55,913 bases of DNA from IMG/VR virus record IMGVR_UViG_2778261121_000001, positions 1-55,913 of that record; one strand, given 5' to 3'. Positions 39,615 through 49,391 of this stretch are shown one piece after another (the stretch's first letter is position 1; the number at the start of each line of letters is the position of its first letter). The translations under genes and the position numbers were made by a program. The DNA comes from a virus. Its lineage: Duplodnaviria > Heunggongvirae > Uroviricota > Caudoviricetes. The notes beneath the pieces were generated by a model. It did not search any database. It was given only the letters and a program-made list of their open reading frames with translations, and was not told the origin of the DNA.

Positions 39615-39637
39615 AAAAAAGGCGTCCTGTGGACGCC
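39615..39637 (-). terminator. intrinsic terminator downstream of the recA-like gene
   Basis: GGCGTCC-ACA-GGACGCC followed by UUUUUU on the minus strand. Confidence 0.6.
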
Positions 39638-39643
39638 TTGTGT

Positions 39644-41983
39644 TTACTCTTCTACTGACTCGGTGGGATTGTCTTTTGATCTCCGGTCGTCGATTGCCTG
39701 TAAAGCCGCAATGATTTCAGCTAGTGGCTTCTCCCGATACATCTCGACGATCTGTGATTTGGTGTATTTCTTGTCACCAATTTCTACTCGACCGCTGGCG
39801 TTCTTTGGCAGGTATCCTTCTTCCAGCATGTACTCGACGAGCGATTCGATAACGTCGAGGCCACGAGTAGGATCGAAGTAGAATTTCCAGGTGCATTTGC
39901 CATACGGTGGTGCAACTTTGTTTTTGATGCATTCTGCGCCTACGTCCTGGCCGATCTTCTCTTTACCATCCTTCATCACCGATGCACCAAGACGGATACG
40001 TACAGAAGCGTAGAACTTCGGTGAATCTCCACCTGGCGACGTAGTAGGGTCGCCAAACATTACACCGATTTTTGTGCGAACCTGATTCAAGAAGATGATG
40101 CAGGCGTTGTATTTGCGTGCCCACAAAGCCAGAGTAGGGAAGTTCGCACTCGTCGCACGAGCCAGTGCCGTATTGTCGTTCATGTTTAGCTGATCTTTGT
40201 CTTTGGCTGTGCCTTCAGCCATCTTTTCGAACTTCTCGGCTTTGGAGTTCGGAACCATAGACGCAAGAGAGTCAGCCACGATACAGATAGGTGCTGATTC
40301 GGGGATAAGCTCTTCATCACGAACCAATTTAAGTATTGTGCCGATCAACTCTACAGAGTCTTCGAAGGTATCTGGCTGCTTGTACACCCACTGACCGTCA
40401 TCCTCATCTGCGTTCAGGCCATTGGCTACAGCCAGGCCAACGTCAAAACTGTTTTCATGATCGAGGAATACCGCCAGACCATCTTGTTTTTGAGCGGAGA
40501 TCATCGCTGCTGTTGCAAGGAATGTGTTGTGGCTGATAATCCCGTTAGACCAGAAAGAGTGTGTTTCCGGCATCGCTACGTCGAACGTTGGTGCTTCACC
40601 TTCCTCAATAGCCACGACTTCGTCGTAGAACAAGTTAGAGCCAATTACCGCTGCCAGTTGTGCAAACAGATGCTCGTTAAAACGATTCTTTCTGCCAATG
40701 AAGGAGACATAGATTTCTCGCAGTTTGTCTATTCCGACACGATCGCCGCGGCCAATAACGTGGTCTACCAGAGCGTAGTCTTCACGGGTGGTCTTGGTGA
40801 GCGACTCGTAGAGTGATTTCACTAAGCCGCTGATGTGCGGAACATAGCCTGAGTAAGTGCGGTCAAAACCAATGTCCCGTTTGGTTGCCACTGATAAACG
40901 TGCCGGAGATTCGAAACCAATCGTTGACAGAAAAAGGTCGTAATTAGAGCCACTGAATGACAGCCGGTAATATGTATTTTCATAACCCGCGACGTGTTTT
41001 TCAGAGATAGTTGACGTAATCCCCAGATTCAGGAGCATGAGGCGAATTTGCTGTAGCAGCAGCCCACTCGCGCTCACAACCTCAATGCAGCGACCATCAT
41101 TGACGTGGCATTCCAGCTCAAAGTAGCCGCGAAGGAATGCAATTTGAGCCTCGCTATTGGCGCGACGCACACTCAACGGAACCTGCTTGCCAGCAGCTTT
41201 CTCATACTCCAGACCATATTCTTTAAAAAGCAGCGAACGCACCTCTTTGCTAAACAGCACATGGTCTTCCGAGCCGTTATGTTTTCTCGTAACTGGCATC
41301 TTGTCTGATACCAGCGAAATGAGGCGGTAGTACTCATCCTTGATGAAAGGATCTGTGTTAGAAAAATTCACTGAATTTTCAGAGGCCACGTATCCGTCAG
41401 CAATTAAATAGCCCATCAGTTTTGCGATATTGGCATCCAGGTGCTGATCGCCGAATTGATGTGTGCCAACCATTGAAGGAATCGTGTCGCCTACACTGAT
41501 TTTTTCAGCATGTCGCCAGACGACATTACCTAAGTCGTCAACCACACGGATTGGGTGACGGAACGTAGCCTCGATATAACCGCCTGATGCCAGCTTAATA
41601 CGCTTGAATTTGCGATGGTTGTTCCATGTCAGGTGTGAGGTCTTCTCTATCACGCCATTTTCATTGATGAGTCCAACGTTATGCTCTACATCGCGAGTAG
41701 TGCATGTCGCTTTGTACCCTTCAATCTCAAACAACTCTTTCACTGTTACCATTCCACGCTCCGTCAGCAGCATGGTGTCTGCGGTAACACATTTCCCCGC
41801 ACTTGGAGGACCGAATACTTCGACGATACGACCACATGGGAAGCCGCCATCGTAACGACCGGAAATAGCTTTGTTTAACGGAGGAAAGCCTGTGTCAATC
41901 CAATGAGTTACTTTCTGAATTTCGTCGTTGCTACCGATTTTCTTTTTCAGAGCAAGTGCCAGTGCGGATTTTCCTTTTGCCAT
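39644..41983 (-). CDS. RecA-like recombinase interrupted by an intein
   Basis: Exteins (64 + 293 aa) give a RecA-sized protein with Walker A GPPSAGK|TFLAT split by the intein. Confidence 0.8.
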   Translation of the reverse strand: MAKGKSALALALKKKIGSNDEIQKVTHWIDTGFPPLNKAISGRYDGGFPCGRIVEVFGPPSAGKCVTADTMLLTERGMVTVKELFEIEGYKATCTTRDVEHNVGLINENGVIEKTSHLTWNNHRKFKRIKLASGGYIEATFRHPIRVVDDLGNVVWRHAEKISVGDTIPSMVGTHQFGDQHLDANIAKLMGYLIADGYVASENSVNFSNTDPFIKDEYYRLISLVSDKMPVTRKHNGSEDHVLFSKEVRSLLFKEYGLEYEKAAGKQVPLSVRRANSEAQIAFLRGYFELECHVNDGRCIEVVSASGLLLQQIRLMLLNLGITSTISEKHVAGYENTYYRLSFSGSNYDLFLSTIGFESPARLSVATKRDIGFDRTYSGYVPHISGLVKSLYESLTKTTREDYALVDHVIGRGDRVGIDKLREIYVSFIGRKNRFNEHLFAQLAAVIGSNLFYDEVVAIEEGEAPTFDVAMPETHSFWSNGIISHNTFLATAAMISAQKQDGLAVFLDHENSFDVGLAVANGLNADEDDGQWVYKQPDTFEDSVELIGTILKLVRDEELIPESAPICIVADSLASMVPNSKAEKFEKMAEGTAKDKDQLNMNDNTALARATSANFPTLALWARKYNACIIFLNQVRTKIGVMFGDPTTSPGGDSPKFYASVRIRLGASVMKDGKEKIGQDVGAECIKNKVAPPYGKCTWKFYFDPTRGLDVIESLVEYMLEEGYLPKNASGRVEIGDKKYTKSQIVEMYREKPLAEIIAALQAIDDRRSKDNPTESVEE
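40526..41791 (-). mobile_element. intein with LAGLIDADG homing-endonuclease domain (422 aa)
   Basis: Starts with Cys after GPPSAGK, ends with HN before Thr; LAGLIDADG-like blocks (LMGYLIADGYV, FLRGYFELECHV). Confidence 0.7.
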
Positions 41984-41985
41984 GA

Positions 41986-42258
41986 TCAGGCTCCTTTTGT
42001 TTCGTTGATTCGTTTTAAAGCGGCGGATTCATCGAATACAATCGCATCGTGGTTAAGGAGTCTGGATACACGAGCGAGGATTTTTACGACCTGCTCGCTG
42101 ACTAATCCAAACTCGCGATCTGTCGCTTTCATTCCGGCAGTGCCTAGAATTGACGGCAGTGCGATGACAGCGTACTCACCGTGATAAAAGACAATCTCTT
42201 TTGCCAGTTGGGTAGGGGTGGTGGTAGCGCCATTAATAATCGATTTAAGCATTAGCAA
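41986..42258 (-). CDS. hypothetical protein (90 aa)
   Basis: ORF in track between the FEN and recA-like genes. Confidence 0.4.
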   Translation of the reverse strand: MLMLKSIINGATTTPTQLAKEIVFYHGEYAVIALPSILGTAGMKATDREFGLVSEQVVKILARVSRLLNHDAIVFDESAALKRINETKGA

Positions 42259-43247
42259 TACCTTTCGAATGGAAGAACAAACACTTCAAGGTCTTCAAGG
42301 AACGAACGGAAATTCAGCTCGTAGCACAGTTGCTCGAATGCTTTCACGTCACGATTGCCTTTGATTGTTTCGATTTCGGTAGGCGGAAACTTCGTCTCAA
42401 TCAGGTTCATTAGCGTGATGTTTCTCTTGAACGCTTCGAGCATTCGACAGCCTGTTTTCTCGTTGAAGGCATTCTTCGCTAGTTTGTTGAAGGCGGTCTT
42501 ATGACGCCCTTTATTAACCACGATTGAGCCGTCGTTGATGCCGCGTACCATCGTTGCGACACTTCCCCATTCATGCAGCAGCTCTTTCGCACCGCCAGCA
42601 CCAATGCCTCCAACACCGCTAATGTTGTCCGAGTTATCGCCTTGTAATGCTTTTGCTTCCAAAAATGCGCGAGGCGTGGCGAATCCTGTCAGCTCCGCAA
42701 ATTGCTCAAAATTAACCTGCTTGTTTTTGGCGTCTTCACGCAGGCTTACCCAGCTTACGTTTTCGCGAACTAACTGAAGCCAGTCGCTATCGCCTGTTAA
42801 CAGATAGATGTGTTCAACGATTGGCTGCGGTGCAATACTGGATACCAGCAGCCCGGCCAGATCATCCGCTTCTGCATCTTTTGCAATGAGTTGGGTAACT
42901 CCAAGCGCGGTCATCATTTTGAGGATGTATGGCTTCTGGATAGCAAAGCCTTCCTTCATCTTTTTTATATCAGGGTCGTTGTCGCGATTTGCCTTGTAAT
43001 CCGGGTAAAAGTCGCGACGCTTGTCACTAAATCCATCCCAAAGAATCATAGGTCGGGCATGGAGGATGGAGGCATAACGACGAACGTTCTTAACGAAGCC
43101 GAAAGCAGCCTGTACTTCCATTTCGCCGTTATACAATTTGTCAGATTTTTGGTGGTAATAACCCAGGCTATTGCCATCTACGAAGAGATAATTCACCGGT
43201 ACATTCCTTCCAAAAAGTAAGGCGTCCGTAGACGCCTTACTGGTCAC
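42252..43247 (-). CDS. 5'-3' exonuclease / flap endonuclease
   Basis: N-terminal YLFVDGNSLGYY start typical of the Pol I 5'-exo/FEN family; helix-hairpin-helix GIGAGGAKEL; GTG start lies inside the upstream hairpin. Confidence 0.7.
   Translation of the reverse strand: MTSKASTDALLFGRNVPVNYLFVDGNSLGYYHQKSDKLYNGEMEVQAAFGFVKNVRRYASILHARPMILWDGFSDKRRDFYPDYKANRDNDPDIKKMKEGFAIQKPYILKMMTALGVTQLIAKDAEADDLAGLLVSSIAPQPIVEHIYLLTGDSDWLQLVRENVSWVSLREDAKNKQVNFEQFAELTGFATPRAFLEAKALQGDNSDNISGVGGIGAGGAKELLHEWGSVATMVRGINDGSIVVNKGRHKTAFNKLAKNAFNEKTGCRMLEAFKRNITLMNLIETKFPPTEIETIKGNRDVKAFEQLCYELNFRSFLEDLEVFVLPFERYC
43212..43240 (-). terminator. terminator-like hairpin downstream of the SSB gene
   Basis: GTAAGGCGTC-TACG-GACGCCTTAC followed by UUUUU on the minus strand. 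Confidence 0.5.
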
Positions 43248-43256
43248 GTAATGGGA

Positions 43257-44285
43257 TTACAGAGAGTCCAGTTCTCTCAGCAGGTCATCAATACCTTCAT
43301 CTTCCGTCGCAGATGCGGTTGCTACAGATGTCGCTGCGACTGCTTCAGACTCTTTGACTGATACGGTAACGGCAGCGGAACTTGCCTCTGGTTTAAATTC
43401 AGTTTCAACGGCACGGAGGATTTCTTCATCAACCAGACTGGTTGGTTCAGAAGCCGGTGTGTGTGCGGTTGCTACAGCCGTCGCTCCTTCTGTATGACCA
43501 GTGACAGAGCCAAATCCAGGCAGTGCCGCGGCCGATGTTTTCGCGGTAGAGGAAATTGCTGGTGCCGATGCAGAGGCAGTTGGTGCTGCGATGCCAATCA
43601 GACGACCCATAGTGCGAACTGTCGAGAGAAGACGAGTTTCATCAGCCTGATTTGCGTATGCGATCAGATCATGCTGGGTATTCCAGAATTTATCTTCGAT
43701 ATCGCCTTTGTAGACTTTACGCTTAGGCGAGACGTCATATTTGGTATCGCGACCAGAGCCAGTACGTTTAATCAGGAAAGCGTAGCCTTCCTCTTTGCTC
43801 AGTGGATTACCGATATCATCAGCGATGTCTTCGGTGATTGCTTTGCAGATATCATCGAATACAGTGGAAGGCAGTTCGATTAACTGGCATTTCTCTGCAT
43901 CGGCGAAATCCTCACGAGCTGAAAGAATGCCGTTGACCAGGTAGCGAGGAGTGGCACGCATTTGACCGATGCGTTCTTCCATTGCTTTGTTACCCTTGTG
44001 ACGAGCGCGACCTTCCATCACCATTTCGCATAGCTGACAAGCGCGACCGTGAGTATGTTGCTCACAAATATAAGCGTTGGTTGCTTCTTTACCTTCCTCG
44101 TTCTGATACTTAACGTAGTGCATACCGAAAGTCTGGAAGAACTTACCGTTTGGGTCGTCTTTATTCGGGAAGATGCGGATATAGTTGACGCCGTCTTTTA
44201 AGCGAGTCAGATCAACGTTGTTACCACGTTTGGCAGCAATGTCTTCACGAGTTTTGTTAAGCAAATCAAGTAATGTCTTAGACAT
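43257..44285 (-). CDS. single-stranded DNA-binding protein (T4 gp32-like, putative)
   Basis: Cys/His cluster CEQHTHGRACQLC and acidic C-terminal tail ending DDLLRELDSL. Confidence 0.5.
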   Translation of the reverse strand: MSKTLLDLLNKTREDIAAKRGNNVDLTRLKDGVNYIRIFPNKDDPNGKFFQTFGMHYVKYQNEEGKEATNAYICEQHTHGRACQLCEMVMEGRARHKGNKAMEERIGQMRATPRYLVNGILSAREDFADAEKCQLIELPSTVFDDICKAITEDIADDIGNPLSKEEGYAFLIKRTGSGRDTKYDVSPKRKVYKGDIEDKFWNTQHDLIAYANQADETRLLSTVRTMGRLIGIAAPTASASAPAISSTAKTSAAALPGFGSVTGHTEGATAVATAHTPASEPTSLVDEEILRAVETEFKPEASSAAVTVSVKESEAVAATSVATASATEDEGIDDLLRELDSL

Positions 44286-44402
44286 GTGTTTCTCCTTGTT
44301 GTGATTTGGCCGATGGCGCTATGCGCGTTGGGCTTTCGTTCATTCGTGGCTCTTTCGAACTGTTAAATAATAGATCAGTACTTACTTATTATCTATCAAA
44401 AA

Positions 44403-44834
44403 TCAACGGGGAGTAATAAAGCGTTCAGAGCCTAATCGCTCTAATTCAACGATGGCCATCTTTGACGCCTGAACGATCATGTCTCGGCGATGCGAAAAGG
44501 CGGCGACAGCATGTTTGTATATGTCTGCGATGTGCCGTGCTTCATCCAACTTCTGCCGTTTAGACAGATACTGTGGGTTTGTTTTAACCTTAGCGTCCAG
44601 TACAGACTCGTTGAACTTAATGCCGTTCATACTCAAGTTCTTACGCTCTGTGTCGTATAGCTTTGCTTCAACAGCTTCAAGGTTAAGTTTTGCCTCTGCG
44701 ACACTTCTTTCTGCATGAGCGAGTTTTGAGCCATACTCCATTAAAAGGCGGGGTTGTCTACGCCAGACTTCCTCCAGATTGTCTCGGTCAAACTCGAGAT
44801 CAGACATTATTTTCTCGTAAATATCGGTGATCAT
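44403..44834 (-). CDS. hypothetical protein (143 aa)
   Basis: ORF in track. Confidence 0.45.
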   Translation of the reverse strand: MITDIYEKIMSDLEFDRDNLEEVWRRQPRLLMEYGSKLAHAERSVAEAKLNLEAVEAKLYDTERKNLSMNGIKFNESVLDAKVKTNPQYLSKRQKLDEARHIADIYKHAVAAFSHRRDMIVQASKMAIVELERLGSERFITPR

Positions 44835-44959
44835 GTGCTTTCCCTTTTACTTATCATTTTATATTGATTATATCATTGTGATGATAAGGCAAGGAGTTCG
44901 AGGATAGGGGATATGAGGGGATAAGGGAAAACATGGCCATAGAGGCCATGTTTATTGGA

Positions 44960-46129
44960 TCACGTCTTAATAGTTTCTGCTACGTCGGCTAATATAGCTT
45001 CTAGTCGTTCTCCCTCTTCAGGTCTGAAGTAAAGAATGTTGGGGTTAAACCCGTAAAAGACAGTAACGTCAAGGTCTGGAAGATACTCCTTCCTGCCGAC
45101 CAAATCGGATGGCTTGTTTTTGTTGTTAAACAATGAAGTTGCCCGGCTGCCACACGTCAGCACATAGGTCGGACGCACCAGATTGATCTCTTCACGCATA
45201 AAGTCGGTGAACTGGCCGATCTCGTCTTTGGTGTAGTCTTTTTCTTTGTCTTTAACCTTCTTGCAAACGCCTGTGACATAGAGATCGCCCATGCGTAAAT
45301 CTCCAGCCGTCAATAGCTTGGCCTTAAAATCGTCGTATCCGTTCTCCATAAAGTAACCGGTTCGAGCATCATTGCCGTTCGCATTGTCCAGAATGATCAT
45401 GATTTTCGGCTTAATACCAATGCTGGGGCGGATTAGTTCATCACCTAAGCCCATTTCAGCCGCCATCCGTGTCATGAGCACGTTAATCTCAGCCGAACGT
45501 TTGGGGTTCATCTCAAACGGACGTGAGGCTTTAACTGCGTCTATGACAAGATTTCCCATCAATTCAGCCTGGTCGCGTAGGCGCTCTGGATCAGTTGCTG
45601 GCAGACTACCTGGCTCGATGGATGCAAACGCCCCTACTTTTTGCAGCGATTCGCGCACTCGACTATTACAGGCACGTTTCTCGACAGCTTCTTCGAATTG
45701 CGCAAGTGACTCGAATTTGCCACCAACCTTTTCTCGCGCTCTCATGATGGCCTGGCAGCCATTCTCAGAACACCCCTTCACAGCAGAGAAGGGCGCATAC
45801 AGCACCTGGCTGCCATCTTCAAGCGTGCGGATCTCGATTCGGTTAGATGACACGTTAACGTCTGGTGGCAATACGCGAATACCATAGGTCAGCGCATCTT
45901 TAACCAGCCCCTGGTGTTTATCTTCGCCAAGAATAGTGAGAGCAGCAGCGAAAAACTCTGCGGGATAATGAGTTTTCAACCACATAGATTGATAACTGAT
46001 CAAGGAGTAAGCAACAGAGTGTGATTTGTTAAAGGCGTATCCACCGAACTTTTCAAAGGCGTCCCATATTTCCTGGGCTTTCTCAGGGCTAAGACCTTCC
46101 TGCTCGGAAATAACTTTTGCAATTTTCAT
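44960..46129 (-). CDS. DNA polymerase III alpha (DnaE) C-terminal fragment
   Basis: Begins MKIAKVI...FEKFGGYAFNKSHS, aligning with the DnaE fingers region; own ATG in the conserved GGGAAAACACATG context. Confidence 0.75.
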   Translation of the reverse strand: MKIAKVISEQEGLSPEKAQEIWDAFEKFGGYAFNKSHSVAYSLISYQSMWLKTHYPAEFFAAALTILGEDKHQGLVKDALTYGIRVLPPDVNVSSNRIEIRTLEDGSQVLYAPFSAVKGCSENGCQAIMRAREKVGGKFESLAQFEEAVEKRACNSRVRESLQKVGAFASIEPGSLPATDPERLRDQAELMGNLVIDAVKASRPFEMNPKRSAEINVLMTRMAAEMGLGDELIRPSIGIKPKIMIILDNANGNDARTGYFMENGYDDFKAKLLTAGDLRMGDLYVTGVCKKVKDKEKDYTKDEIGQFTDFMREEINLVRPTYVLTCGSRATSLFNNKNKPSDLVGRKEYLPDLDVTVFYGFNPNILYFRPEEGERLEAILADVAETIKT

Positions 46130-46149
46130 GTGTTTTCCCGTTGCTAGCT

Positions 46150-46851
46150 TCAAATGCTTGCTTTTTTTAAGATATTTGCGATTTGAGTGTTAGATATGCC
46201 GAATTTTTCTCGCAACTTTTCGTAGGTTGCGCCAGCTTTGCGCAAGGCGACCACTTCAGCTCTTGCTTCGTCATCCAGCTTTTTGGATGCCCTTGAGGCA
46301 ACGATCGGCCCACCAATACGTGCCCATTTCTTCCCGGTGACGATATGGTGAATATAAAGCTCAGTTAAACCATATTCGGCCGCGAGGTCTTTGTTCAGAG
46401 CACCCTCTGACTTTTTAATGCGAATAGCAATGACGACTTCGTTGGTTAGCTTGGCGTTGTAGCGCCTCTCACCAAACTCAACGGTATCGTGTGCAATGGC
46501 GTCAGCCATGTTGTCGACTTGAGTGCCATACGCGAGATTGAAGGGCGCATTGTTTGATGGTTTACCGTCAAGATGACGAATAAGTAAGCCTTCTGGTCGT
46601 TCTCCGTGGAATGCAGTTGCTACCAGATAATGAACTGTGCGGTCGTATTTGACGCCGTTGACGCTTAGTTTCACGCCAAGATGTCCAAAATCATTGATTA
46701 CGCGAGGTTTTAGGATTTGCCCCTTCTTCACCCATTCGCCCCCTTTGGGGGCTGTTTGTATAACATCTAATGAGCGAATGCGTCCTAAACTGGATGCTTC
46801 GTAATAACCTTCAAATTCAGGAATAGATTTCCAAACTTCTTCCACCGTCAA
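46150..46851 (-). CDS. HNH homing endonuclease inserted within dnaE
   Basis: 233-aa ORF in a different frame from both dnaE halves, overlapping the upstream stop and ending 18 nt before the downstream ATG; family assigned from the split-gene context, no HNH or NUMOD motif checked. Confidence 0.6.
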   Translation of the reverse strand: MTVEEVWKSIPEFEGYYEASSLGRIRSLDVIQTAPKGGEWVKKGQILKPRVINDFGHLGVKLSVNGVKYDRTVHYLVATAFHGERPEGLLIRHLDGKPSNNAPFNLAYGTQVDNMADAIAHDTVEFGERRYNAKLTNEVVIAIRIKKSEGALNKDLAAEYGLTELYIHHIVTGKKWARIGGPIVASRASKKLDDEARAEVVALRKAGATYEKLREKFGISNTQIANILKKASI

Positions 46852-49211
46852 ACTCCAAAATCAACAATATCAGCGTTGTCACTCATCGCTTCGTCATAGG
46901 TCCTGCGTTTGCCGTCAGAGCACAGCAGCATGGCCTTTTTGTGGACTTCTACTGTGCTTCCGTCTTCAAGTGACAGTGTCACCCAGCCTGCTTGTGCTCG
47001 TTCTACAAAATCGCTGCCGATCGCTTTCATCTTTTCCATGTTCTTCTTACCGATGGCGGAACGCAGAGCATCAGCCTCCGCCATAGAGAATCCAGCGAGC
47101 ACACGAGAGCTTTTCATAATTTGCTCTTGATAGAGCAAAACGCCGTTAGTTTCTTTGGTTGTTTCCTCAAGACGAGGATGAATTGAATGTGGAGCCATAA
47201 AACCTTTGGCGACAGAAACATAGTCATCCAACATGCCTGACTGAATTGGCCCCGGCCGGAAGAGCGCAGTTGTAGCAACAACCGTTTTAAAGCTCATTGG
47301 CTCAATTCCACCACCTAAATCTTTAAGCAGCTTGCGCATTGGGCCTGATTCAAGCTGGAAAACACCTTGAGTGTACCCAGCAGCAAAACCATCCAGCACC
47401 TTGCGATCCTCAAGAGAAATGGCATCAAGATTGATATCTTCACCTGTGTTCTCTTTTATGTAGCGTTTTGCACTATCGAGCAAATCGAGAGTTGCCAGGC
47501 CAAGCACGTCTAGCTTAATTAGGCCCATAGCCTCGCAGTAACGCTTGTCAAATGCGATACAACGCGCGTCACCACGGCGTTCAACCGGTGTACGTTCTGT
47601 CAGAGGAACACCTGCTACGATCATCCCTGCCGCATGTCTACCAAAGCCACGCATAAGGCTTTGTAACTTGCAGGCTGCATTGAATGCATCAGGATATTTT
47701 GTTGCGTATTTGTCGAGACTTGCCAGTTGTTCGCGCAGCTCTTCCAATGGAAGGCTATCATCCTCGACGTTCTTCAGTTCTTTTGATACCGCCATATCTG
47801 CGGACTCCACACCATAAATACGAGCGGTGTCACGTAGTGCAGAGGCTGCGCCCAGGTAGGTGAAGTTCGGAATGCCTGCAACGTAATCTTCGCCGTAGCG
47901 TTCATTCAGATACTCGATCACCTCATGGCGACGTGCCTGGCTGAAGTCCAAGTCCGCATCTGGCAAGTCGAGACGCTCAGGGTTGATGAAACGCTCAAAC
48001 AGAAGACCGTGACGGATTGGGTCGACGTTGGTTATGCCTATGCACCACGCCACCAGAGAACCGGCAGAGGAACCACGACCAGGCCCGACAGGAATGCCAG
48101 TTTCACGGCTGTGATTCATCAGATCGCGTACCATCAGGAAGTAACCACAAAATCCCAGGCGAGTCAGCGTGTCCATTTCGTACTTAAGCCGTTCAACATA
48201 AATCCTGTTCTCAGAAGCCGGTGGTGTGTAGCCAAACTCTTTTGTGGTAAGACGTTTACGCAGCCCAGCAACGGCCAGTTTCATCAGCGTTGCAGGCTCG
48301 TCGTCTGCCATCTTTGGCAGTGCTGGTGGCAATTCATGCCAGCGCCATGTGCAGGCATCGATAATGGTATCCTGCGTTGTTGAGGCCATTGCAGCTGTTA
48401 CCGGCACATCCATGCGAACGGAGAAGGCTTTAAGAGCCTCAAGGAGATGGCGGCGACCATTGACGGCGTTATCTCGCTGGTGGGGGATACGCAGACGATG
48501 CGGCTGGTCGATTTTGATGTTGTTCGTAACCATGTGCGCAATGTCTTTAATGTCTGCATCGTCGATCGATTCGTAATAAGCGGGATAGAACGCTACTGGC
48601 TCTATTTTCAGTGCTCTGGCGACTTTCATCGCCCGGACGTTAATCTGGTCGTAGAATGGTGTAGGGTGCGGATAAACCACACTATAGAAGTTGTCTTTTC
48701 CACCTGCTGTAATCAGTGAGCTTATGATTTTTGCAAAATCGTTGCGTTGGAACACGCTACCGATGTCGGAAGTGAGCAGGATGATGTTGCCTTTGGCATA
48801 TGTAGAAACCAACTGTTCGAGCGAGAGACGCGGTACAAAGTAGAACTGTTCTCGTGTGTTGGCCACCGTCATTAGTTCGCAGATGTCGCGATATCCTTGC
48901 TCATTTTTAATTAGAGCGGTAAACGAGTAGTTACGTCCTCGCTCTAATGATTCCATACATCCCTTAGACTCTTTAGCAAGTTTAGCCCGGTACTCGTATG
49001 TGGGATCATCAACGATATTTAGTTTCACACCACAAATAACCGCCATGTCGTCACCAGCGGCACGTTGTAGTGGAATAACACTCGCAATATTCATGCTATC
49101 TGCTGAAATTACAGCGGTGTAGCCAGCTTCTCTGGCAATCTTCACCGCGTTTTCCGCTTTTAAAGCCGACTCCCCAAGTGAGAAGTCAGTTCGAACCATC
49201 AGTGCCTTCAT
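46848..49211 (-). CDS. DNA polymerase III alpha (DnaE) N-terminal fragment (PHP and polymerase core)
   Basis: 787 aa aligning with the DnaE N-terminal two thirds; conserved start context. Confidence 0.85.
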   Translation of the reverse strand: MKALMVRTDFSLGESALKAENAVKIAREAGYTAVISADSMNIASVIPLQRAAGDDMAVICGVKLNIVDDPTYEYRAKLAKESKGCMESLERGRNYSFTALIKNEQGYRDICELMTVANTREQFYFVPRLSLEQLVSTYAKGNIILLTSDIGSVFQRNDFAKIISSLITAGGKDNFYSVVYPHPTPFYDQINVRAMKVARALKIEPVAFYPAYYESIDDADIKDIAHMVTNNIKIDQPHRLRIPHQRDNAVNGRRHLLEALKAFSVRMDVPVTAAMASTTQDTIIDACTWRWHELPPALPKMADDEPATLMKLAVAGLRKRLTTKEFGYTPPASENRIYVERLKYEMDTLTRLGFCGYFLMVRDLMNHSRETGIPVGPGRGSSAGSLVAWCIGITNVDPIRHGLLFERFINPERLDLPDADLDFSQARRHEVIEYLNERYGEDYVAGIPNFTYLGAASALRDTARIYGVESADMAVSKELKNVEDDSLPLEELREQLASLDKYATKYPDAFNAACKLQSLMRGFGRHAAGMIVAGVPLTERTPVERRGDARCIAFDKRYCEAMGLIKLDVLGLATLDLLDSAKRYIKENTGEDINLDAISLEDRKVLDGFAAGYTQGVFQLESGPMRKLLKDLGGGIEPMSFKTVVATTALFRPGPIQSGMLDDYVSVAKGFMAPHSIHPRLEETTKETNGVLLYQEQIMKSSRVLAGFSMAEADALRSAIGKKNMEKMKAIGSDFVERAQAGWVTLSLEDGSTVEVHKKAMLLCSDGKRRTYDEAMSDNADIVDFGV

Positions 49212-49389
49212 GTGTTTTTACCTTTCTGGTTTTTTTGATTTTGTCATTGGGGAAGCCTACGAACTTCCCATGCATCGAAATCGCAACTTCTTTTGCTGAT
49301 TGGTGACAATCGGGCTTGTCTGGACACACCAGACAAGCCTTACCAGTTTCAGAAGCAGCGATAAGAGAGCCGAAACATCCTTTACGCAC
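49186..49389 (-). CDS. possible small Cys-rich protein (67 aa)
   Basis: ORF in track overlapping the dnaE start by 26 nt; contains C-x-x-C-x5-C-H. Confidence 0.25.
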   Translation of the reverse strand: MRKGCFGSLIAASETGKACLVCPDKPDCHQSAKEVAISMHGKFVGFPNDKIKKTRKVKTHEGTDGSN

Positions 49390-49391
49390 GA

